Below are positions 53,201 through 64,000 of a DNA stretch of 64,000 bases, in pieces. The notes under the pieces were generated by a model. It saw nothing but the letters and a program-made list of their open reading frames with translations, had not been told where the DNA came from and searched no databases. The stretch comes from Trichoplax adhaerens (lineage: Eukaryota; Animalia; Placozoa), in assembly GCF_000150275.1 (NCBI RefSeq), contig NW_002060960.1, positions 62,001-126,000 of the forward strand. Direction: 5' to 3'. Positions within the stretch are counted from its first letter, which is position 1, and each line of letters starts with the position of its first letter. Position numbers and translations under genes: made by a program.

Positions 53201-55849
53201 TAACCATATCCTAATATATGATTTACAGTTCTATTTTTACCTATAACCTTATTAGTAACTCAACACCTTACTCTCTATAGTCATCTATAGTCTAGCATAG
53301 AGTCTATACCACTACAGTCTATAGTTATGACTACCAAATATCTCTTAGGATAAATATAGAAGTTACGCTACCGTACATTATACTAAACATGGCTAACAGT
53401 CTACAATCACAATACTTAATTACATTGCACAGTTTAACTCCAATCTAGACATAAGTAACGAACTACTTCACAACAATCAAGACAACGATAAAAGCTTTTA
53501 TGTCTTACTGAAGAAGCACTTACGTAAAGATCGACCATTTGAATAGACAGCTCATTACTAATACTAGCCACTTTTTCCATGACTTTATTAGCTGCCAAAA
53601 TATCACCGCCTAGTAAACTTTCATTGTTAGCAACATCAGTAATTGTTTGCAGTGTAATCAAAACAGAGGTAGCATTATTATTCGTCGCATTTAAATTGGA
53701 TGCCTGCAAAAACGATAATTCGTTGTAGTGTATAGAAATTTATGATTTGATTTGTTCTATCAGCATTATTTTAAATTATTAAATTAAAATTTACCTCTTT
53801 ACTTAAATCATTAAAATTCTTGCTGACACACTGAACAGTAGACACTGCTTCCCAAATTGCCCGATTTTCCATTTCACGATACCTGCAAGCTCGGCTAACC
53901 TTTCCTACCAAATAATAATTTTGGTTAGCAGTTGTATTCATAAATTAAGAAGGAAAATAATAAGGCAAACATTTAAATTGCTCTCTTCAATAAGTCTCCG
54001 ACACTACTATTTGCCATAAACCAGCCATGCTAAGTTGCTTCTATCGGATTAAAATTTACCTGTTGCACTTTGTGGGCATGGCAGGTATGCTATAAAACCT
54101 GCAACTGTCTCCGGCCATGTGTATCCATCAAATAATTCACTGTGGCAGGTGGATGGATGATTATCAGATGAAAATACAACAACAGTATGTGCTTTATCAT
54201 GAATGCCATCGTCCCCATTATAACTGCATCTAAAAACGGTTTGATAGGGCTGATTTGATATTGGACTAAAGTTAGTTATGACTAGCCGCGATCGAATTCC
54301 GTTAGACTGAGATACGGTGATATTTCGTTGTTCTTTATATGAAATAAAGATAGTGGTTGCTTATAAATTTAGGATATTAAAGAATCTTAATAACTGTAAA
54401 ACTTTAGCAAAATATCCGAAATCTACAGCTAACCAGGCAATAGTTCTTGTCCGTCATGAGACCAGCTAAAGCTTTCTGTTTTGTTAGCCTTGCCATATGT
54501 ATAAGTTGCAAAACAATCTAATTGCAGTGAGCTACCTTCAATAACGGCACCAGGTCCAATAATGGATATAGAATAAACTGCTTTTCTCTTCAAGGAGCCA
54601 GTTAAGGTAATACTTTGACCTAAAGTGGACAATTTGCACTCATATTGGCCGTAGCTATCAAAAGCAGCATCGTGAAAGAGGGTTAATGTTGTCGAAGTTT
54701 TATCTGAATTAATAGCAATGGAGAATGATCCCGACTGGAGATAGGGTGGATCACTTTCAGACATAGCGTAACCTAAAATTTGGCCATCTTTAATCCAAGT
54801 AAATATAGTCCCATTCAAGACTGGTACGCCAGTATATCCACAGGCTAGAGAATTTGTAGAACGCTTAGATATTTCTATTACTTTATTTTTTACATCGTTC
54901 GTACTTGTTGAACCATGTTGAGATACTTGTGATAGATTCAACTGGACGGAATTGTTGTCAAGATCTGCTCAATATGCAAATAATAAAATAATAATGTCGA
55001 ATCAAGAAAGTAAATGACTTCAAAATGAATTTATAACCACTTACGTAATGAGTATCCTAGCTGAAATCCATTATAAGACATATTAGGGCTAGTTGGAGAA
55101 CTATAAAAGGTAACATGCAAATATCGACTTTGATTATATACGATATTAGGAAATGTTTGGCCACAATATCGTGTTGCCATTCCCGATATTATCGTTGAAA
55201 ATTCAAATGATACATAGTCTGTACAATTTTGTGATGATGTATCTTTTGGTAATAAGTCAAATGCAGTTATATTGGCAATTATTGAATAACCAACACTTGC
55301 AATTAGTGACCAAGTGACTCGCTGGTTGTTAGCATAAGGCTGAGGAAAATTTGCTGAAGATATGAAACCGGCAGTGGCTGGATTACGATAAAGGACGGTT
55401 GATTCTATTGAAGTATATCAATATGTAACGAAGAAAATATTTTAATTTTCAATCTAAAAATATTAGATACAACATTTGGTAGCAAGTAAAAGAAATAGAA
55501 GAGTTAGTATGACCCATACAGCAAATAACTATGTAAATAAGTGTACGTGGCATTAAGTAAATCAATTGCTGATATGCCTACCTGCTAAACCCAAGCACAA
55601 AGCCTTGCCATATAAAGTCGTAAGCAAAAGGGAAAAGTAAACGTAAGTACTTCAGATAGAAATAGTCAATGTTAAGTGTAGTATTTACTGATTTTATCTC
55701 AATTATTTTTATCCTTTCCCGGTAGTGAACTCTTATAAGTTATATCAAACGACGTGAAATAGACTATTTATGCCGTTATTATAATTTACCACAGATAGAG
55801 CAGCAAATATAATTAAGGAAGAATTGCATAGATATCGCCGAGACATCAT
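47295..55849 (-). CDS. Adhesion GPCR (signal peptide-CUB-Ig-Ig-HRM-GAIN/GPS-7TM) with canonical GPS
   Basis: Signal peptide [20 protein letters not shown]|ALCLGLA. CUB exon 55045-55404 ([25 protein letters not shown]). Ig motifs FTWIKDG and YGQYEC. HRM (WPETVAG..LPCP..VSRAC). GAIN motif [33 protein letters not shown]. 7TM motifs [44 protein letters not shown] and NSSQG. Confidence 0.95.
49505..50805. repeat. Two pairs of short intronic direct duplications in the minus-strand adhesion GPCR
   Basis: TGAATGAGA.TTTATAAGACA.ACT.TCTAA at ~49511 and ~49755. GGCAATAT...ATAGTAAATGT.AAA.CTCAGCTA at ~50582 and ~50763. Confidence 0.7.
50848..50884 (+). repeat. Dispersed hairpin-containing repeat, copy 2
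   Basis: Matches 11063-11100. Stem TGACCG..CGGTCA. Confidence 0.7.
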
Positions 55850-57472
55850 AAGTATGAGCTTCTCAAACACCGTTTTAAGGATAAGGAATAAATTCGAATG
55901 TAATATTGTTGCGATATTTATAAGTTTCTTAATATTTGTGCTGCTTATAAAGACATTATTCTTAGCAATTAAGCAAAACCATTTAATAGGCAGCATGTTA
56001 AACTAATCTAAATAAACATATTTCACAATTGCTGGTATTTATGAACACCAATTCTACGTCATAATAAATAAATTGTAACAACGATTATTTGTTGCAGTAA
56101 AATGATAGATCTAACCTAACATTAGCTATTATAATCAGTTAAAAATTTGGTCGCATTTACATCGGATAAATTGAATCCCAAATTAAAGCGTATGCTGTTA
56201 TTATTGTATTTCGCTTTGATTGATGGCTAATCACAATTCATATCATAAATACCATATGGTTTATTTAATTCGCTAAAGCAATCTCAAACATGTTAGAATA
56301 TCTTTCATTGTTACTTAAATCAATGTAATTACTATTTCTCTCACATAAGCTATATAACATATAAGATTGAATTTCACGATTTATTTTATTCTACTAACAT
56401 TAAAATTGTATTTTAAATTCATCTACAAGGTTGAGTATTTTCTATCGTACGATTTTTTTAAACCTGATATGAGCATATATTATAAAAGAACCTACAATTG
56501 AATACTGCGATACTTGCATCTCTCCTAGGTATTTATTAGAATGATAATCCATGTAGTGTACTAATATTTGTAATATCTAAATTTAGCCTTTCTTTAAGAC
56601 ATTATACGATAGGCTTTAATAACATAAAGATAATTGAACTTACTAAATTATACTGTATAAGAAAAATGTATTTATAAATTATCTATTTGGATAATGTTTA
56701 ATACAACAGAGCTTTATCTGTTTTCAATAAGATCATTAATGACTGAAGATTAAAAAGCGTTAATTTCATTAGAAATAACTATGCTCTAATCGATATTGTA
56801 TTCAAATAAAAATCTATCATAAAACAAGCGACCGAGTTGATCATGAACATCAACATCTTGCGGTAGTAATCCTCATATTGGGCTATGATTGTAAGTATAA
56901 GAAAATTTCTATGATCTGTGCTGCTTTCTAATTAGCATTGATGCAAGAGTGAATTCAGAATGAAAATCATAGCGTAGATAAAGGCAATCCCATTCCACTC
57001 TTTAGTGCTTTTTATTGAGTATTAAAAACAGTAATATTATATCGGGTCAATACAATTTATTAGATAGTTTATGAGGTACTATGATAATCGATTAGATCAT
57101 ATTTCTAACTTTTAGACAATCAAAAAAGTATTTAAAAAATTTAACCTTTATTAGACAGTGTCTGCGCATTTCCATGTGATGATAGTACTTTAAAGCTTAG
57201 CTAAAAATCAATTTTTCCTGATTGGCTTCCAGAAGCATGTATAAAATTTCTTGCGCGCTTCTCAGCTGGCAACTTTTAAGAGTAAACCATACTGATTAAT
57301 CTATTGAACTAACAGAAAATTAAAATTTCTAATCCAACTACTGCGTTGGGCTACATCAATGCACATAGCACGTGATTAAAATTAGACAAGGAAATTACTG
57401 CACGGTATCTAGCTTCCAAGAAAATTGATGGAAAATCATCAACAACTATATAATGTATTTGTGTAATTATAC

Positions 57473-60400
57473 CTATTCCGAGCGATATTGGCTACAAAAT
57501 GAACGATGCTGTCGACTATAAAGTAGTAAATACTGTAAAACTTCATCGTCAGATATTGAAGTATTGATATCCAATTGAAATTGAAGCGCTAAAAATGAAA
57601 TTACTATCGAAAGAGAGAACGTAATATCGGATGTAGAATCAAGAAAGGCAAGACCAGAGTCTACACGATATAGAATGAATAATGCTACTGTGAGGATAAC
57701 ACATACAAAAGTAATGAATAAAATTTTGCAGAAAATGTAGAAAGATTGTTCTTCGCTACGAAATATTTTATCTTCTATAAATTGACATAGATCATCACGT
57801 ATGGCCAGGTGCTTAACTTGATCGGCAGAATCGTAATCATAATATAAAGGATCTTCAAGTTGACCGATATCTTCTAGACTCGGATTGGAGTATTGTGCAA
57901 TTTGACGATCAAGTTGTGGTTTTAATTCTTTTAGTTTTGATATTGGTAGCGCTCTAAGCTTTTCATATTTTTTTAAGTAAATTTGAAAAGTAAGAAAATA
58001 AGAAGTAAGTAATATCAACGGTTTAGAAAGATAACTCGCATACACGACTAAAAATGTTCCGGTGACGATAAACATTTCTATAATCGACTCAATAAGGTAG
58101 AATATGGCGAAAAGAGTCAATGCATAAGGTAAGTAGAATATAGTTTTCGCTATAAAAATGACAATTTTTTTTATCTGATTTTTAATTTTAATAATACACA
58201 TCAGCAGATTTGTAAAAAAGCGAAAGACACAATTAGGATTAGAGCCAAGGTTAGTGCAAGAGTTCATATTTGAATCACTAGAATTGCCATTAAGTCTATG
58301 AGGGTCGTGTCTAGCGTTGTTACTAGACCTGTTGATTTTGGATATTCGGCAAATGTTGAAGATATGGAAGAAAGTTATTATATACTTATGAAAAAAAATC
58401 CAAGCTTTATTTTTCAATTTTGACCTAAAATCACCCTCTATAGTGGGAAAGTGATATGGTTGCATTGACAACTTGATCAGGCTATCATCTTCATTATCCA
58501 ATATTTCTTTCAGACAAGGAAGCAAATGTACAATAGAAAGAAAAAAGTAACATACGCTAAGTCCTATCAACATTTCAGGAAAAAGTGGAGACCAAGGCCA
58601 TTTTCTTGGATGCACAAGTAAGACTGCATAAATCGGGTTGGCTCGATAATGCCGAAGCAATAGAGCCAAGCTAACAACCACAGCATTTAATAAATTACGA
58701 CGAAAATCGCACAAAAATAGACAAACGGTTGCACAATATATTCCATCTGGAGAGTAATTGATTTTTCTTTGATAATAGCTGTTGGCTTCCGTTTCCAAAG
58801 AAGTGTTGGTTAGTATACGCATTCTTTTGCGGTTTATTTCTATTCTAGAACTAAGATGATACGAAGATACGAGCAAACAAATTAATTATTACTTGGAATA
58901 GAAGCTAGTACTTATAGAATGAAAATCATAATATCATTCGATTCCATTTTTAACGCAATCAGTATCAAAATAAATGACAATAAGCTACAATCTCTACTAT
59001 CAGCATTATTCTAACTACATATTTAGACTATCATCATAATCCTGTTTTAGCTAACATGTTATTAAATCCTATTAAGCAAATTAAATGTATATCGACTATT
59101 CATAGCAACTCCGGAGTTAGCAAGTAATCTCCCGTAACGAATTTATTACACTGTTATTGATGCAATTATTTGATGGAGATGGAAACTTTATCGAGAAATT
59201 GACTTTTAACCATGAACACAAGGTTCGTGGAAGACTACCATTATTAACCTACTAGTAACGTAAAGTATTGAAGCAAATCGATCACGTAAGATCATAGTGT
59301 AGTAAAAGGACTAAAAGTAGAGTCCTTTGTAGTTTTTAGTATGTAATTAGTATTATTTTACTATACAAAATACCTACAAAGTGATAGTGTCTTTAAGTTT
59401 TACCCTGCCAAATCATCATGTCGCCATCTTTTCTTCTTCATTATTTTACAAGGTATTATATAGATTACTATAGAAGTAGCCCTATAGAGCAAATGCCTAA
59501 TCTAAACAAAGGGCGTTTGATCGTCTATTCAAATTGCAAAGAAATTTGACTTAGTAGCAAAACCCTATCCTTAGAGAAAGGGGATTTATAACATGACGAT
59601 AAAGTACTGTAATGTAGTCTATACTCGTACAGTTACAGTACAATCTGACGCTAAAACATCAACTGTCAATACTCGCGAATACTAAGCAATACTAATGTCA
59701 GAAAAGTAGTCGTAGTAGTCATATAAATTTTTTTGATAAGCGATTACTGTGATCTTCATAAAAAGCGAATTTTTCCGGATTTGTGTCCGATATAGTTTTC
59801 GGATTCTGGGACCGGTCGGGTTTGTGTCCGATATAATTTTCCTGTTTTGGAACCGGTCGGGTTTATTTTTAATTTATGTCTGAATTATAATTTTTCTGTT
59901 TTAATTTTTGGATTTTTGTTCATGAAAAATATCGTAAGAGTTAATTTTTGAGATTTGGACTTTTTGTTATGAATTTGAAACTTTGGAATTTTATGACGTG
60001 ACTTGAAGTCACATTAGGAGATTTAGTGAGGAAAAGAGAAAATAAGATGGAAATTGGCAGAAGGTTGTGTTGATTGTTAGGTAGTTAGAGTGTTGTTTTT
60101 ATGACTAAATCTTGATGTTTAAAGGTTGATTTCTAGACTTTTATAGTGTATTAATGATAGGAATTATGTTAGAAATGAAGTTTTATGTATTTTTATAGTT
60201 AGCTTGTTACTTTTATAGTGTTTTGTAAGGGAATCGTAGGGTAAATTGTGTCTGAACTTTGAATGATTTTTGTTTTCTTAAATGGTGCAAAGTAGTTTTC
60301 TAAAACGGATCTTAAGAGCGATTGGTTAGCAAATGTTTAGTTTTAAATACCTCTGACGGCTCTACGGAGCCTATAAATGATAGTGCAATTAGAAAATTTA

Positions 60401-62380
60401 GAGAGAGAGTAGAAGAAGATTTTATTTGAAGAACTTGTTGAATTTAAAAGGCCTTCGGGGTCGAATTGTCGTAAGTTAAAACGTTCTTCTTTTTGAAAGG
60501 TTGTTTGGTCGTTGACAGTTTTTAAGTCTGTCATTTATTTTAATAATACTTAAAGCTAAGTATTTGTAAGGTTGTTCGGTTTATACTTCTCTCCATTTTG
60601 TTTTAAAATAAATTGTTGTTCGGTTATTTCCCCAAATTTTATTTGGTGTCAAAGTATTAGCGTTAAGTCGACTGGAGTGCAACGAAAGTAGAATCAAAGT
60701 TTGTTAAAGTTTCGTAGCTTGATCTCTACACTTTTCATTTCATTACAATAGATGCTATAAAAAAACGATGTAATGATGCATGGACTACGAAGATAAAATA
60801 AAAAGTTGTAATATCAGTGGATTCAGTAATGAAATGTTTAATAATTACATAATTTTCCTAAGAATGGTGTTTCTAATTTAAATAATAAGGTGGGGAAATT
60901 GCGTTACAATTCAATTGTCTTCTAATAGCTCATTATTAATTATTTAGATGCAATATCATCGAACTGGAAAGGCTAGGCCTAATAAATATTGGCGAACTTA
61001 ATTTGGAGATACATTTTAATATTATTTTAGCAAACCAATCAAAGCTGTGATACTACGACATTCTGCTATCGAAGAAACTCTATTCCAATGGCATGCTCAA
61101 TATCATTCAACCGTAACGTCTGTGATCTGGATCATTGAATACAGGATAAATAATATTTTAAGCTACCATGAACTACAGATATAAATGCCACGTATTTTTA
61201 TTGGCGATCATCCAATGTCTTACTAGTCTTAATACTTATTTCTAGTTACTAGTATATAATCTGATTCTTTAATACCGTGTAAACAAGATTTTATACTGCC
61301 GTAAACTATAATATATAAGTGCTATATATTTTTACTGGCGACAGTTCAATGTCCTCCTAATTCTCCTAGTCCTAACCTAGTTCTACTTATGTAAATGAAT
61401 TTGTAGTCCGTATCTAAGCACCGGTAATATTATTTCTATTATGGCTGATAGTTAAGCTTCCTTACAATGAAAATTTTTATTCATGCAATGCAGAAATCGA
61501 GCAAATATAAAATATTGTGATGAATGATTCTAAGAATAGGTATTCAATAATAGTACTCCAGGATGTGCAATACGTTAATTGCTAAAATAGACGATATGAT
61601 CTGCTTAGCTATACTGCAAACAAAATCTACTTACCCTCCACTAAAGCGTATAATTAATGAGCAAACATAATACCCTACAGGAATTGTCAGGAAAGCACTA
61701 AAGACTCTTATACAATAAAACATTGTAATAAAGTCTTGAGCGCTACGTAGATTTTCTTCTATGCAATTCATATATAGAAGGCTATCATTTTGGAAGTCTT
61801 TTGGCCCGCAACAGCTATATTTTTCGTCTAGCAAAGAATGACTTAGGCTGTAAGAAAAATTTCTTCGACACAAGGTTTCGCAACCTTGGCTGCTAGAACA
61901 TTCTCCAATTCGTATTAAACTTTCTAGCACATCAAAGATGACTACTTCTCGACAGTATGGCTCAATTTCTTCAATACATCTTGGCCAAGGCTGTTCTATA
62001 GTTACATTTAAATAATCGTGAAATAGCCCAGGAATATAGAAGCAGCTTATAACATAATTCATCGGCATAGCAAATAAAGATCTGCCATAATGGGGTTTCA
62101 CCCAAGCATATTTATTATCACCATGGAAGAAACTATAAATTGGCTGCTTAGTACTATTAAGAAAGTTGAAATACAGAACTCTGACAGTATCTACGCTAAC
62201 TTTAGCCTTAAACGTCTTTCTGGTTGCCTCTTCGTCTTCTATACTTAGACGGCATTGACTTAAGCATTTTCTTGCGTCTTTTGTTGGATCATGTAAGGGT
62301 GTCTCATTAAGGCAATCAACTTGCATCAATATCCACATCCACTGTAGAACTATTAGGGAGATAAAAGTCTTACTTCCCAT
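57473..62380 (-). CDS. Uncharacterised multipass membrane protein with signal peptide and Cys-rich ectodomain, 2 exons, ~705 aa
   Basis: Exon 1 (62380-61635) ends GGA GG|GTAAGT. Exon 2 (58844-57473) begins ttctag|A ATA GAA, which is phase-compatible. Signal peptide MGSKTFISLIVLQWMWILMQVDC, about 11 Cys in the ectodomain, then roughly 7-9 hydrophobic segments. Confidence 0.8.
59760..60560 (-). mobile_element. Decayed insertion with strong strand skew (possible retroelement or viral remnant) in an intron; includes a 41-bp tandem repeat
   Basis: The plus strand is abruptly T/G-rich and C-poor. TTTGTGTCCGATATA.TTTTC..TT.TGG.ACCGGTCGGG occurs twice plus a partial copy at 59780-59900. A broken reading frame lies on the minus strand. 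Confidence 0.4.
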
Positions 62381-64000
62381 GGTATATCTTTATTACTGGA
62401 TCCTAATTCAGCTATTTTACGTTACTTGGCTGCTTGATAGGATGGCTGTTAAATGGAAAGCAAACAGTAATGAGATTTTTAGAAAAGCCTTGTTGCATTT
62501 CTATTGAAATATAACTCGGAGCGAGGTATGATTCCGTGGCAATCCCAACCATTACAACGTGTAATATTATTTTTGATGCTACTTATGTCTTACAATCTAC
62601 TTCAAATAATTAAAATGGATCCACATGTAGTGAAAACTTCAAGGTAAAATAATAAAACAAATGAAGTCATTGACTATTTTATGTTGATAAACATAACAGT
62701 TAAATCGAAAAAATAGCTGACCTTATAATTTGACTAAAATTTACATATTATATATAGTGATCTATCACCCGATATTTGATAATAAAGACTCAATGCCGTA
62801 GTTACCGTATACTAAAACCGATGTTACTACAAAGTTGCAATGATGATATATTAAAGCTGAAAAGGAGCAATAACATCTAGCGCATGTTGCCGATCGTAAT
62901 GAGCAATTACTTCAACTCTACAAGGTAGTTGCCTGCATCTACATGCAGTAGTGCATCAGGATTACCTACCAACATTTCTGCTGTAAATCACTCTGATAAC
63001 CAAGTCACAATTTCATATCTTGCTTCAAATCATCTATGCCAGAACTATTTTAAAGTTAGAGATTGATTTTATTTAGCACTGCAGCTACTTTGCCTTTTAA
63101 GAATGATTTTCGTGTAGAATAAGATATAGAATTGATTCGAATTCTTTATGTAAGGTGCTCCAGAAGATCGATTAAAACTGTTTCTGAAGGAGTAGTTCAA
63201 AATGAACAATCAAAATACTTCATTATTCTTGGAAATGGTGATGAGCAGTAAGTCATATCTAAATAATGCAAATTTTACTTATTTTTATTAACGTAAGCAT
63301 GCATGCTTGGAATAGCTGCACCCAAGTCACAGAATCTTAGCTGTTTTACAAGCTTAAGGAATCTCGAGAAATGATGCACTAGGAGAAATCAAGAAGTCTC
63401 TCTTGTATAACAGTATTTAAACTACTTATTATACTAGACAGCAGCCTATAAAAAAGGTGCCAGTATCTAGCGTAATAATGCGCTGGGAGTGTTCTACAAT
63501 TTTCTTATGTATAAAAATATTTGTACTACTCTTCATGTAGACGACAGCCAGTTAAGCGATACGCTGACCTTGCGTAATGACGTATTAGGATTTGTTGAGA
63601 AGTCTCCTATGTGCAAAAATATTTACACTTAATTTTATAGTAGAAAGCACTCGGGAGAATGCATGTATCTTGACAATCTTTGTTCATTACAAGTATGTCA
63701 TCGTGCCAAGATGGTAAATTGATAAAACCATCAACTCTCTTCTATTAGAAAATACAACTTTAATGATATTGTCATACACAGCTTTGCACGTTGCTCTATA
63801 GCGAACAGGTAGATATCCAAGATCACGGATTACTGTGAGATTGGTAATGTTACTATTAGTCGGAATAGTGTTGCACTTTACTTAATAGCAATCTGATAAC
63901 TGGTAGATAGTAGGATAGGGATTATTTGAAAGTGTCACTTTCACACCGAATGCAGCTATTTTTATGCAGTTTATTAAAGGAGAAATTGCTTACATTTCTA

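Noticed and set aside
53265-53335. CTATAG-rich low-complexity intronic stretch
   Set aside because: Simple degenerate microsatellite-like sequence without further structure.
63202-63254. Possible first exon MNNQNTSLFLEMVMS|GTAAGT of a further plus-strand gene
   Set aside because: No downstream exon could be supported within the window.

Overview
AT-rich, intron-rich eukaryotic (animal) genomic DNA with short GT-AG introns. The intron style, the intronless 42-aa 'HPDVA' TPR gene and the gene mix suggest a placozoan (Trichoplax-like); this is an inference, not shown. Splicing exons by hand gives seven genes: SPOP (+), a divergent ~790-aa WD40/beta-propeller protein (+), an EGF-Ig-HRM-GAIN-7TM adhesion GPCR with a degenerate cleavage site (+), an intronless 1310-aa TPR-array protein (+), a ~34-exon nitric oxide synthase (-), a CUB-Ig-Ig-HRM-GAIN-7TM adhesion GPCR with a canonical cleavage site (-), and a two-exon ~705-aa orphan multipass membrane protein with a Cys-rich ectodomain (-). 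Non-coding structure includes a Helitron-type 3' end, a ~150-bp degenerate tandem array split by an 89-bp foldback insertion, a dispersed hairpin repeat, several local duplications and a strand-skewed intronic insertion. Exon boundaries come from manual reading and have no transcript support.
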